From positions 54,932,050 to 54,996,049 of the forward strand of contig NC_068983.1 in assembly GCF_001194135.2 (NCBI RefSeq): 64,000 nt of DNA, read 5' to 3'. Positions 40,193-52,578 of this stretch are shown piece by piece; positions within the stretch are counted from its first letter, which is position 1, and each line of letters starts with the position of its first letter. The DNA is from Octopus bimaculoides. Its lineage: Eukaryota. The notes beneath the pieces are model-generated. The model was not told where the DNA came from, did not search any database, and saw only the letters and a list, made by a program, of their open reading frames with translations. A program made the position numbers and the translations under genes.

Positions 40193-40238
40193 GACACCTG
40201 ATGAAGGCTGGAGAGTATATCAGCTGAAACATTGTGTT
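40193..40238 (+). ncRNA. Minimal type I hammerhead ribozyme motif (right arm)
   Basis: GACAC CTGATGA A GGCTG GAGAGTATAT CAGCT GAAAC AT T GTGTT; two apparent CpG decays (CAGCC>CAGCT, ACGT>ACAT). Confidence 0.68.
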
Positions 40239-40416
40239 AACAACAAACAAGATGAGGACAAATATCTGTCAACTGTAAATAATGTAAATGATGTACATAA
40301 TTCCTCATCTCTTAAATATAGAACTGAAGTAGATGGTGTTGGAGATGCATTAGGACCTACCTACAGGGAACAGTTGGAGAATATACGTGGTGGTACAGAG
40401 GGGATGTGTGTGTGTG

Positions 40417-40448
<32 letters not shown>

Positions 40449-40453
40449 CTCTC

Positions 40454-40615
40454 TGAGTGGTTGGCGTTAGGAAGGGCATCCAGCTGTAGAAACTCTGCCA
40501 AATTAGACTGGAGCCTGGTGTTGCCATCCGGTTTCACCAGTCCTCAGTCAAATCGTCCAACCCATGCTAGCATGGAAAGCGGACGTTAAACGATGATGAT
40601 GATGATGATGATGAT
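40454..40615 (+). mobile_element. RTE 3' end (family D), short young copy
   Basis: Nearly identical to 57940-58095; (GAT)n tail. Confidence 0.9.
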
Positions 40616-40625
40616 ATATATCATA

Positions 40626-40663
<38 letters not shown>

Positions 40664-40729
40664 CATATGTATATGCATATATAGATATACATACTTATAA
40701 ATATAGACAGATAAATAGATGTACATATT

Positions 40730-41690
40730 ATCATCTCTTTATCCCAAATTTTGTTGGAACTCCTGGAGCCTTGCATGCATAACAGGCTTACTACCTGCAG
40801 CCTATGGTACCATGCTATTAGTTCTTTTCAGCTTCATCTAATACTTCCCTGATTATTGTGGCCATCCTAAGGAGGCAAACCTTTTGTAACAGTTCTACTG
40901 GGCACTCCGTTCCAATTTCTTTTATATTCCTCTTGATCCCTTCTGATACTGTTCCCAAGGACCCAACAATAATTGGCCCTATCTTCACCTTCTTCATTTT
41001 CCATAGCTGGGCTCTTTCGTATGTAATAGGGTTGTATCTATCTATTTTTTCTCCTTCCTTCTTGACTATGTGTGGATCAAAGGACTATGCAACATCAACT
41101 ATGTAGCATCTGTGGTGCACCTTGTCCACTACCACTAGGTCTGGTCTGTTATGCTCTAGCACCTGATCTGTTTGGATTGGGAAATCCCAGAGGATTTAGC
41201 TAGTCTCCGACTCTCCCATTCTTTGCCGTCTGTGCTCATAACACATCTTGCCTCTCTCTAGCCCCCACTTTTCACAGAGTTTCCAATGTAGCACTTCCAC
41301 TACCTGGTCATGTCACTACAACTTGTAGTGGTTTCAGGCAAGTTTAGGGCATTCGTTTGTGATGTGGGCAATGCTTTCATCCACTTTATTGCGGATGCGA
41401 CACAACAGAGACACTTGCTCGTTCCTAAGGTCGACCCTCCAGTTCTTGGCCAAAGCTTGGTCCTGCGCTGCCACTATAATGCTTTTGGTCTCTTTTTTGT
41501 GGGGGTTCCTTTCATTAGCCAATCCCACTTATTTATTCCAGCAACCTCTGTTGTGGCTACATGAAATTGATTGTGTAGCCCCTTGCTGCGTAATTCTTCT
41601 TCAAGTCCTTTTTGTACTTCTTCCTTTGTTTTTCCTTTTTTCTTTGCTTTCAGTACTTCCTCATTCCTAACTGTCACTAGCAAGGTTTAT
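40730..41690 (-). mobile_element. R4/Dong-like RLE retrotransposon fragment (zinc-knuckle region to C-terminus), decayed
   Basis: Minus strand KKETKSIIVAAQDQALAKN..SLLCRIRNKVDESIAHITNECPKLA (CCHC region), then VKIGPIIVGSLGTVSEGIKRNIKEIGTECPVELLQKVCLLRMATIIREVL; 5' end abuts TAA repeats. Confidence 0.8.
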
Positions 41691-42239
41691 CATCATCATC
41701 ATAATCATTATTATTATTATTATTATTATTATCATTATTTAATAATAGATTGATTTGGCTCTGTGCAACTTAGTTTTATTGGCTTGTCATATGAACCTAA
41801 CTTATTAGGCATAGGCGACCGAATGGAGAGATAGAGGAATTTCAAAATGGCTACTGAAAATTGTGCTGCTATTTGCAAGGCAGGTCACATGGTGTTGTTG
41901 ATATTTGTATTAAAATATCACCATCAAATAGAAATCTCAGTCTGTATGTCTTGGACCACATGGTTGGACAGGATATTGGTGGCATCTTGCTGTGTAGGTA
42001 ATGGGACGAGAATCTCTAGTAGCAGTCAGTGTACATCAGGGGTGGGGGATATGATACTGTGTAATGTCCATTACTGTGTAATGTCCATTACTGTGTAATG
42101 TCCATATAATTTGAATGCTAAGGGGTTAAAAACCCTTCTTTCTTAACTGTCAATAGTGTGTTTATCCACAAGGCTAGGTGATTGCTGTTAATTTAATAAT
42201 AAAGTTTCCAAGTTCAGTTCCAGCCAGGTATTATATACA

Positions 42240-42630
42240 TATTGGTTTCAGATTTTCGAACAAGGTCAATAATTTTGGGGGCGAGGGTAAGACGATTACA
42301 TCGGCCCCAGTGCTCAATTGGTGCTTTATTTTATCAACCCTGAAAGGATGAAATACAAAGAATGACAGATGAAATATTGCCTGGTGTGCTAACGATTCTT
42401 ATTTCTTTATTGCCCACAAGGGGCTAAACATAGAGGGGACAAACAAGGACAGACAAAGGGATTAAGGTGATTACATCGACTCCAGTGCATAACTGGTACT
42501 TAATTTATCGACCCCGAAAGGATGAAAGGCAAAGTTGACCTCAGCGGAATTTGAACTCAGAACGTAATGGCAGACGAAATACCACCAAGCATTTTGCCTG
42601 GTGTGCTAATGATTCTGCCAGCTCACCACC
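42240..42630 (-). mobile_element. SINE B1 joined to a degenerate second B copy
   Basis: Junction AATAAG|AATCGTTAGCAC at about 42400. Confidence 0.75.
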
Positions 42631-42892
42631 TTAAGTATTATGTGCATATTGAAAAATAGGTTCCCGGGGAGTCATACACTGCCAGATAGTTATAACAATA
42701 TCTGTTAGAGCAACAACCATCATACAAAAGACAGATACAACAGTGGCAAAAGACAGCCTTATAACATTAATATGATTTTATGTTTCTCTGTCTAAAACCT
42801 TCTTACATGGTGTTTTTCTTTATCGCATTAAGGGAGGCACACTACAAATGAACTCTTTAGAATTTAATGTTTTTATGAATTTTATTTGACAA

Positions 42893-43213
42893 ATTTTGTG
42901 CCAGTGGCATGTAAAAAGCACCATCCAAACATGGCCAATGCCAGCGCCGCTTTGACTGGCTTCCGTGCTGGTGGCACATAAAAAGCACCAACTGATTGTG
43001 GCCGCTGCCAGCCTTCTCTGGCCCATGCTGGTGGTACATAAAAAGCACCCACTACACTCACGGAGTGGTTTGCGTTAGGAAGGGCATCCAGCTGTAGAAA
43101 CACCGTCAGAGCAGACTAGAGCTTGGTGCAACCTCCTGGCTTGCCAGACCCCAGTCGAACCATCCAATCCATGCTAGCATGGAAAACGGATGTTAAACGA
43201 TGATGATGATGAT
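42893..43213 (+). mobile_element. RTE 3' end (family D), three modules
   Basis: GGCA..TAAAAAGCACC repeated three times, D core, (GAT)n tail. Confidence 0.85.
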
Positions 43214-43486
43214 AATGTAAATATATTTTGTTTCAATTTGTAAGATCCATTATCATCATCATAATGTCCCCTTTTCCATACTTGCATGGGTTAAACAGGA
43301 TCTGTTGGATGCCCTTCATGTTACCAATCTACACTGAGTCCCCCCTCACAGTAATATTTCCTTATAACAAACATGTTTTCAAGGAAGGTTGAAATGAATG
43401 ACACTGCTTGTACAATGGTGTCATTCATTTATAACTATCTCACAATGTCAACACTTGGGAACACACACACAAACATGCACAAACAT

Positions 43487-43558
<72 letters not shown>

Positions 43559-43841
43559 GGCTTCTTTCAGTTTCTGTAGGCCAGATCTACTCAGGAGGCT
43601 GTGGCAGAAGACATTCACACAAAGTTTCCATACAGTGGGGTTGAACCTCAAAACATCTGGCTGGGAAGAGGACTTAACCCCCACACCCATGTCTGCACCT
43701 ATGAAGTTGAAAGAAAACACAAGTTTATTGAGGAACCATATTTAATTGATCAATTACTACCATTTTACACCTTACTTGAGGTCTTTGACTGATTCAAAGA
43801 AACCCAAGTTGTGTGAGCATGGTCCATCACTCATTAAAACC

Positions 43842-43908
43842 TGTACTTTGAACAATGGACTTTGAACAATGGACTTTGAACAATGTACTTTAAACAATAG
43901 ACTTTGAA
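43842..43908. repeat. 14-bp minisatellite (ACTTTGAACAATGG) x ~4.5
   Basis: Direct reading. Confidence 0.9.
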
Positions 43909-45097
43909 AAATATTTATCTACCAAGAAAAATGTCTGGCACCTGAATTGTTGTTCTCTTTTCCCTTCCTTTTTATGCCATAAATTATTTCTTTCCCTGTA
44001 TAGAATTTATTCTTTGAGTGGGTGTATGACTATTGTTAGAATCTTTTTAATGGCTGTAGTCTTAACCTTTGTTTTATACTAAGTATAGAACAATGCATGT
44101 TTTTTTTTTTTTATCTCTTATATGAAATCATAGATTTATTGTTTTCCGTTCATTCAGTTATTTGAAAATTGGTGTGTTTTCTTTCTTTCTATAATTGCCA
44201 ATTAAATTATGAACCAAATTGGTGTTGCTGTGTACGATAATCAATTAACTGTCCATCATATTGTATATTGATGTCTGGACTTGCTCAAAGAAGCTAAAAC
44301 AATATATTTTCTTTGTGTGCAAGCTTCTCAGGTGTGTCTTGAGAAGTCTTTACCAACCAGAAAGAATTTTTAGACTGTTATTTTGTTGTTGCTGTTGCAG
44401 AGGTTTTTGTTGTTGTTGAGTGTCTCTGCTGTCAGCCCCGAACACATCTGCATTGTGAAAATAATCAATCAAATTAGCTTAAAAGCATTTCTTAGGTCAT
44501 TTAGTCTAGAGACTTTATATTTTTATATTGTGACGTTACAGAGTCTATGCTGCATGCTCTGACCAATGATGGTTGATTTTTGTGAAATATAAAGCAACAA
44601 TCAAAGCTTATTGGATTTATCTTAGTCTCCAGTCTGTTTGTATTTACATGAAAGGTTTAGTGCTGTCCACATGAATCTTTTATCTTTTGTTTCAGTCATT
44701 AGACTGCGACCATACTTGGGTACTACCTTAATTGGTTTTAGTTGAACAATTACAGGGATATAAACAAACCAACACCAGTTAAGTAGAAGTGAAGTTCAAA
44801 CACAGATACAAGCATGCACACACATAAATACATACATACATACATCACATGTGTATGTGTAAATGAGATGGGCTTCTTTCAGTTTCCACCTACCAAATCT
44901 ACTCACAAGGCTTTGGTTGGCTTGAGATTACAGTAGAAGACACTTGCCCAAGGTTCCAGCAGTAGGATAAAATTTAAACCATGCAGATGTAGTTAAGAAA
45001 TAAACTTCATAGCACACAACTTTGCTTGTGTTTATGTATGTGTGTTTCTGTGTGTGTATGTATGTATGTATGTATGTATGTGTATATATATATATAT

Positions 45098-45320
45098 ATT
45101 CTATTCTACTTTGGGCACAAGGCCCGAAATTTTTGGGGAAGGGACCAGTCGATTAGATTGATCCCCAGTATGCGACTGATATTTAATTTATCGATCCAGA
45201 AAGGATGAAAGGCAAAGTCAACCTCGGCAGAATTTGAACTCCGAACGTAACAGCAGACAAAATACTGCTAAGCATTTCATTTCACCCGGCGTGCTAATGT
45301 TTCTGCCAGCTTGCTGCCTT
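45098..45320 (-). mobile_element. SINE family B2
   Basis: Complete head-core-tail match. Confidence 0.88.
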
Positions 45321-45324
45321 GTAT

Positions 45325-45361
<37 letters not shown>

Positions 45362-45362
45362 A

Positions 45363-45620
45363 TCATCATCATCATCATCATCGTTTAATGTCCACTTTCC
45401 ATGCTAGCATGGGTTGGACGATTTGACTGAGGACTGCTGAACCAGATGGCTACACCAGGCTCCAATCTGGTCTGGCAAAGTTTCTACAGCTGGATGCCCT
45501 TCCTAACGCCTACCACTCCAAGAGTGTAGTGGGTGGTTCATACATGCCACCAGCACGAGGGCCAGTCACACGGTACTGGCAATGACCACGTTCATGCTCA
45601 AAAGGTGTTTTTACGTGCTA
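45363..45620 (-). mobile_element. RTE 3' end (family D)
   Basis: (CAT)n then D core. Confidence 0.85.
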
Positions 45621-45623
45621 CCA

Positions 45624-45685
<62 letters not shown>

Positions 45686-46369
45686 NNNNNNNNNNNNNNN
45701 NNNNNNNNNNNNNNNNNNNNNNNNNNNNNNNNNNNNNNNNNNNNNNNNNNNNNNNNNNNNNNNNNNNNNNNNNNNNNNNNNNNNNNNNNNNNNNNNNNNN
45801 NNNNNNNNNNNNNNNNNNNNNNNNNNNNNNNNNNNNNNNNNNNNNNNNNNNNNNNNNNNNNNNNNNNNNNNNNNNNNNNNNNNNNNNNNNNNNNNNNNNN
45901 NNNNNNNNNNNNNNNNNNNNNNNNNNNNNNNNNNNNNNNNNNNNNNNNNNNNNNNNNNNNNNNNNNNNNNNNNNNNNNNNNNNNNNNNNNNNNNNNNNNN
46001 NNNNNNNNNNNNNNNNNNNNNNNNNNNNNNNNNNNNNNNNNNNNNNNNNNNNNNNNNNNNNNNNNNNNNNNNNNNNNNNNNNNNNNNNNNNNNNNNNNNN
46101 NNNNNNNNNNNNNNNNNNNNNNNNNNNNNNNNNNNNNNNNNNNNNNNNNNNNNNNNNNNNNNNNNNNNNNNNNNNNNNNNNNNNNNNNNNNNNNNNNNNN
46201 NNNNNNNNNNNNNNNNNNNNNNNNNNNNNNNNNNNNNNNNNNNNNNNNNNNNTCTATCAAAATTTCACCTTAATTTATGTTTCAAATACCAGTTTATTAA
46301 TGACAAAATCATTTTTATAAATTCTTCCCTATCTTCAAAATTAATTGAAACAAGCACAGTGCATCATAA

Positions 46370-46580
46370 TCATCATCATCATCATCATCGTTTAACGTCC
46401 GCTTTCCATGCTAGCATGGGTTGGATGATTTGACTGAGGACTGGTGAACCGGATGGCTGCACCAGGCTCCAATCTGATTTGGCAGAGTTTCTACAGCTGG
46501 ATGCCCTTCCTAATGCCAACCACTCCAAGAGTGTAGTGGGTGCTTTTACGTGCCACCTGCACAGGAGCCAGTCCAGCGCG
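46370..46580 (-). mobile_element. RTE 3' end (family D)
   Basis: (CAT)n then D core. Confidence 0.85.
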
Positions 46581-47046
46581 GCACTGTGCATTTTAGCAAA
46601 ATAACAAACCGGTTAAAATCTCAGAATTCAGACCTGATTCTTACTATTTTCAATTTGTATCATATATATTGCAATCTATCTCTGGCAAAGGGTTGTTGTT
46701 TTTCTGTCTTCTGCTCGGAGTAGTCTCTGTAGATAACACTAATAAGATGTCTGTAACATTTGTAAAGAATGCATTCATAAAATAATTGCTCGTGTTTATG
46801 AGAGAAAAAACATTTTATAAACACTTAATAAAAACAATGTAAGTGAAGAATAAAACGAAAATCAATGATGTATATGATTTTTCCTTTGAGGCAGACAGAC
46901 TTGTATAGTTTCTATTCATTAAATTACATTTATCCTTCATTTTTTTCTTTTTTCATATTTTTGATTTTGTAAAATTTCATGTGTGTATATGCACAGACAT
47001 ACACACACATGCACGTTAGATATATGGTGGTATATATATATGTGTT

Positions 47047-47077
<31 letters not shown>

Positions 47078-48063
47078 GTGTATGTATATATATAATACAA
47101 ATAATAAATGAGTATATGCATATATACGTACATGTATGTACATACTTGCATCTACCTGTATATATAGATGCGTATCTGGGTACAGGACATTGTAAACAAA
47201 GCGTAGACAAAATGATAGACGAGTACAGAAAACACACAGGCCATATATATATGGTTGAAATTTATAAAAAAGCAAAATACGAAGACAGGTGTATGAACAA
47301 AAAACATGTGTATTAGTTTGACGCTTGGGAAAGTGAGGAAATCTTTTTTGTTTCAAGTCTACGCTCTTCAACAAAAAGGAATAAGAGAAAATAAATAGAG
47401 CGAGAGAATGAAAAAAACTTGTAGATTTAGCGATCAAGCATGAAAGATAGATAGATAGATATGACAGGCTTCTATGCAGTTCCTGGCTACCAAATTCACT
47501 CACAAAGCATTAATGAACTCTGGCTTATGATGGAAGACACTTGCACTGAAGGGATTGAACCTGAAACGTGTCATTGGACATCTCCTTTTTTATGTTGGCA
47601 TGGGTTGAGTTGGTTACCCTTCAGTGTGGAGAAGTAGTGGCTTGACCTGGAGAGACTCCCTAATCTCTGAGCTGTGCTATCTGTCGAGTAACATTACTCC
47701 AGAAGTCCTTTGGAGGAAGCCCTTTTGAGCCACTTGTATTCATAATCATACTCTGTCAGTCATTGTCCAGCATCCATGACCATACATAAGGATTGGCTCA
47801 ATAACCGAATTGAAGATAACAAGTTTGGCTTTTATACCAACCTCTCCTCTTTTCAGGATCGAATGAATCCGTCCCATTACTGTGACTTTGAATTTATGAG
47901 CCACTTTGCCAAACTGCCCCAGCCCTCACGTATTCACAGACAGACACATACACCTCACCATTTACAAATATAACATTTCCCTTTTTTTTTTCTTTTTTGA
48001 TTTGTCTGTAAATTTTATTTTTTTTTTCAGCTTTCTCATACCAATTCCTTTCTTTATTTCTAG

Positions 48064-48125
48064 GGTATTTTTTCTGATGTCTTTGAACTTCATGCCACAG
48101 ATGTGGACAAGAACAACCAGGAAGA
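48064..48125 (+). CDS. PDE11: Coding exon, PDE11-like GAF-B (62 nt, phase 0-2)
   Basis: Acceptor ctttatttctag, donor GA|gtatgt. Translates GIFSDVFELHATDVDKNNQE+GA, resembling GSFSRVFDFEA of PDE11. Phases join exactly the flanking two exons. Confidence 0.88.
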
Positions 48126-49896
48126 GTATGTATAAATGCTGACCATTATTTTGTTTCTTGTTATTATAATTACCAGCTTGCTTATAAGAAAAAGGAGAGA
48201 GTTTGAACAAAGTACCTTGTGGTATTTACATCTTGTTAAAATTTGGGTTCATTCTGCTGGAGCAGTGGCTTTCAACCACAGTTTTGCAGGGCTGCATGTG
48301 GCCCTCAAGCATCCTTCTAATGGCCCTTGAAGGTCTTCCCTTTATAAATATTATAGTTTTTCTTTGACATGTCTTGCATTTTTTGCATGGCTCCCCACTC
48401 CCACCAAAAAATCCAGGCCTTGGGTCTGGCTTGAATATCAAGAAAAGACTGAGAACCACTGTTCTATGGAGTTCCACAATTTCTTGCCCAGATAATTTGT
48501 TTATTGTGATCAAATGTTTTTACCTGGCACTAATTAGCTCACTCCCCACATCAAATTGATATCGTCTGTATGAATGTATAATGGTGTTAACATGCTGGTT
48601 GTCAAAGTGATCACAGAGCTATGGGAAGGGAAGTGTTTTGCTTAAGAACACACTTGGCCGCATGTCTTCACACACATACTTGTTCTATACTTTCACACAC
48701 ACATGTTGAGACGCGCACACACACACTCACACACACACATATATACCTGTTTATACCTTCACACACAGACCCCACCACAACCACCACACACATACATGTA
48801 ATATACATACATACTTTGCGATCACCATCACCACATCTCCCACCTTTCATATACTACCACCACCACTACCACCACAACCACTAATACTGCTACTACTACT
48901 ATCTGAACTGAAAGTAATAGGACCGAACAATACACAGGGAAGGACTTAGAATGTAAAAAGATATATAAATTTATTACTGAAAGTTAATACAAGCCATGCA
49001 CTTTGGAGAAACCAAAATATTTTAAGGTTTCAATAACTAGCAGCAGAACTACTACAAACGGATTCTGTTTAAAATTGTGTAGGTGTTGTTTCCAAGTACT
49101 TAAATATCAATAGATTGTTACCCATAATGTAATTAGTTGAGTAAAGCAAACCAATTCTCTTCTCAAACACAGACAGACACGAGAAAGATGATAGTGTATA
49201 TAGATAGTGCAATTCAAGAATTCAAGCAGAACATTCTACAGCTCAGTAATTCAATAAGGAATCATACATGTTAGAATTACAAACTGGATTCAAAGAAATA
49301 ATAGTTGTCAGATTTAGGAAAACCATTGTGAATATATGTAATTGCCATCTAACTACATGTATTGTAATACTGGCGTTATGCCGAAGTTGTTTATCACCAT
49401 CAATTATTATGGAGCACGATACTATATACCAAGTGCTTTTAATAAATTATAAATGAATGAATCGTTATTCCTATCATCATCGCTGGCAGTGATGATGGTG
49501 GGGAGTTGATGTCCTCAGACTCAATGCATTTATTGCTTCTTCATATTCTTTATGGGATAAATAAAATCAGTGGACCCCCAGTTTCTTTTATGTTGCAAGA
49601 AATCTATTTTAGCCCTGTAGGAAGTGAGGTTCGCACTGGATGGGTGCCTCACAATTCTTTACATAGTCGTGGAAGGAAAGATCTGGGATTGTAAGTAGAA
49701 GACGGTTGCCCAACATGCCACTCAATGGTACTGAACCCAGAACCATTTGGATGCTAAGCAAACTTCATAATCACACAACCATGCTTGTCTTTATCAAATC
49801 TCTGAAACCAATCTGCAAATTCTTGTTTCTGCTGTTGTAGTAATTCTTACATGGTTTCTGCGTTGCACACATAAACACAACTTCAGTTTTTCTTTG

Positions 49897-49941
<45 letters not shown>

Positions 49942-50445
49942 GTTATTTCTCTCGTATCTTTTCCTATCATGATTTAGTTTGTTACTTTGAAAATGTATAT
50001 CGTAATAGAATCTCTGAATCTTTGTTTTTTTTCTCCTCCTTCGTTGTCGTAACGTGTTTTCTTGATTTCCATGGAATGGTTTATTATATGTTTATGTTTT
50101 TTTTTATTTTGTTTGATCTTGTTTTCATTTTGTTTCTTTTTTTTGTTGCTGTTTTGAAATATTAACATCACTGTGTACATGTTAACAGTTCAATGTAAAT
50201 GCAAACATGATTGTCTGCTTAACCCTTTAGCATTTAAACCGGCTATATCCAGTTTTACATTCAAACTGGCCAGATCTTGCCTTTCACACTAACCCTACTA
50301 TGTCATTCTACAAATAAAGAATTACACCATCAAAATCTCAGCTACAAAATAATCTATGTTTAATACAAAACAAAGTATATAAATAGGATTTGATGGAAGG
50401 AAACTGAAAGAAGCTTGTCATGTATATATATGTGAGAGAGAGAAA

Positions 50446-50500
<55 letters not shown>

Positions 50501-50826
50501 TGACAACTGGTATTAGTGTGTTTACATCCCAATAACTTAACAGTTCAACAAAAGAGACCTCAAGTATCAAAACCACAGAGTGATCTCAATGCTAAGGTTG
50601 AACAAGCTTGCTTTGTGGCCATGTAGTTTTCGGTTCAATCCCACCAAGTGGCACTTTGGGCAAGTGTCCTTTAATATAGCCCTGGGTCAACCTAAGCATT
50701 ATGATCATGATTAGTAGATAACCCCTCAAAGAAAACACTGGTTCTATACCTTAATTTAATATGGACTAGGTTGGATAGCTTGACAAGAGTTGGCAAGGCC
50801 AGGAGCTGCACCAGGTTCCATGTATG

Positions 50827-51720
50827 TACGTGGCCAGATCAATAAGTATCTGGACTGTTGCCATAGTAACAAAACTAAAGCATGCAGAGTGAGGCTGCTT
50901 ATCATAGACTGACCTTGAACTCTGCTGTGTATGTGCACTAAGTTTTAACATTCTAGCTCACTTCTGCTGTTTACAGCAGCGCTTGGAAAGAAGGTGTGTA
51001 GTATGTGATCAATGCATTGGCCATGACAGAGAAAGTTGAGCAGACAATCTGCTTCAAATTTTATCAAAAACTTGGTGATACCTGCTCAGAGGCCTACACA
51101 AAGTTTAAAAAAAAAGTTTTCATCATTCTTGACAAAATCAAGGAGATCTTGTGCAAGTGAAACCTGAGTGTCTTTTTGGTCATCTGAAAGCAGTTTTGGC
51201 ACAAACTTGGCAGACATGCGTCTCATACCCAAACCTTCAGTGATAATGGACTGAACCATAACTAATCTGAACATCATCTAATAATGCATGGCTGGTGGTT
51301 CAACAATTTCCTCTCACAGATGCATGCACATCTGTGCTGTTTTTCTCAGTTCTGTTGGTTATGGGTCTCCCAGAACATTTTTTAATATCAACATTTTTTC
51401 AGCCATCTTGGAAACGTCAACCACTCGTACACTTGTGTGTGACTCATAAACTCCTCTCTATACACTTTCTGCAACTTTGCGTTGGCCTCTGCGCAGGTAT
51501 TGCCATGACAACTTTGTCTGTCATGCTCAATGCAACAATCACATGCTACACATCTTCCTTCCAAGTACTGCTGTAAACAGCGGAAGTGAGCTAGAATGTT
51601 AAATCTTAGTGCACTTGCACAGCAGTGTTCACGGTCAGTCTGTGCCAAGTGGCTTCACTCTGCATGCTTTAGCTTCGTTACTATGGCAACAGTCTGGACA
51701 CTTATTGATCAGACTTTGTA
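50827..51720. mobile_element. Mariner-derived element made of two inverted 5' ends
   Basis: TA termini; both arms carry GATCAATAAGT.TC..GACTGTTGCCATAGTAAC. Left arm encodes MTEKVEQTICFKFYQKLGDTCSEAYTKF; right arm (minus) reaches GLGMRRMSAKFVPKLLSDDQK (mariner linker, WVPxxL-like). Confidence 0.85.
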
Positions 51721-52269
51721 TTTATTTATATGTGTCTTTGTATTTGGTCACCCACCCATCACTTGACAACCAGCGTTGGTTTGTTTACATTCCTGTAATT
51801 TAGCAGTTTGGCAAAACAAACTGACAGAATAAGCATCAGGATTTGTTCAGCTACAACTTTTCAAGGCAATACTCCAGCATGGCCACAGTCCAATGACTGA
51901 AACAAATAAAGAAGATAGTTTCTTGTGATATATTAGCTAAATATTTAGGTTGTTTCCTGCATGTTGTAAGTTTTCCTGAATTACTTCGTTAACGCTTCTA
52001 ATTCTTTTGTGATTGGTAATTTTGAACCAATGTTCTTTCTTTCATTCTGTGCAATGTTGGTTTGTTTTTCATTTTTAAAAAATTTTTATGACATGTTATC
52101 ATCTGTGTTTGATTTGCATACTTTGTTCTCTTGTTGATATTTTACTTGAGTTGATTGGTTCATTAACTGCATTGTTATTTTCTCATGTGTTAATGATTAG
52201 TCTGTGTGTGCATATATATATATGTGCATGTGTTTGCTGGGCTCAAATCTCATTTGTGAACCCATCCAT

Positions 52270-52540
52270 GGAAAACGAATATCCCCCCAACTATTCTGCC
52301 TATATATCTGTGCTTATCGTTGAATGCAAAGTATACCAGAAGGTTTGCAAATCTAATGGAGGCCTCAAAAAACATTTTAAGATCCACAAAAATCAGAACT
52401 TATCTGCAGCTCTTCGTGGTCCAAATCAAATATGCAATTTTTGTGGGTATCTTTACAGAACATCGGCTGGTTTAAAAAGCCACATCAGATGCCATGATGG
52501 TTCTAAGGTGTAGGTGTTCAAACTCTGCATAAGGAGTAGA
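52270..52540 (+). mobile_element. LINE (RTE-type) C-terminus with two C2H2-like fingers
   Basis: CKVYQKVCKSNGGLKKHFKIH and CNFCGYLYRTSAGLKSHIRCH, then stop, ~30-nt UTR and (AT)n; no TGEKP linker. Confidence 0.55.
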
Positions 52541-52545
52541 CAACC

Positions 52546-52565
<20 letters not shown>

Positions 52566-52578
<13 letters not shown>

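Larger units (their letters stand above)
39817..40325. mobile_element. Fold-back non-autonomous element: inverted arms with hammerhead motifs around a tRNA-like head (Penelope-like)
   Basis: 12-bp TSD GAAGTAGATGGT at 39805-39816 and 40326-40337. Arms 39817-40014 and 40064-40295 are reverse complements; the 49-nt loop is 40015-40063. Confidence 0.85.

Noticed and set aside
47866-47975. Possible exon after tttcag (DRMNPSHYCDFEFMSHFAK...)
   Set aside because: No PDE similarity and no good donor seen.
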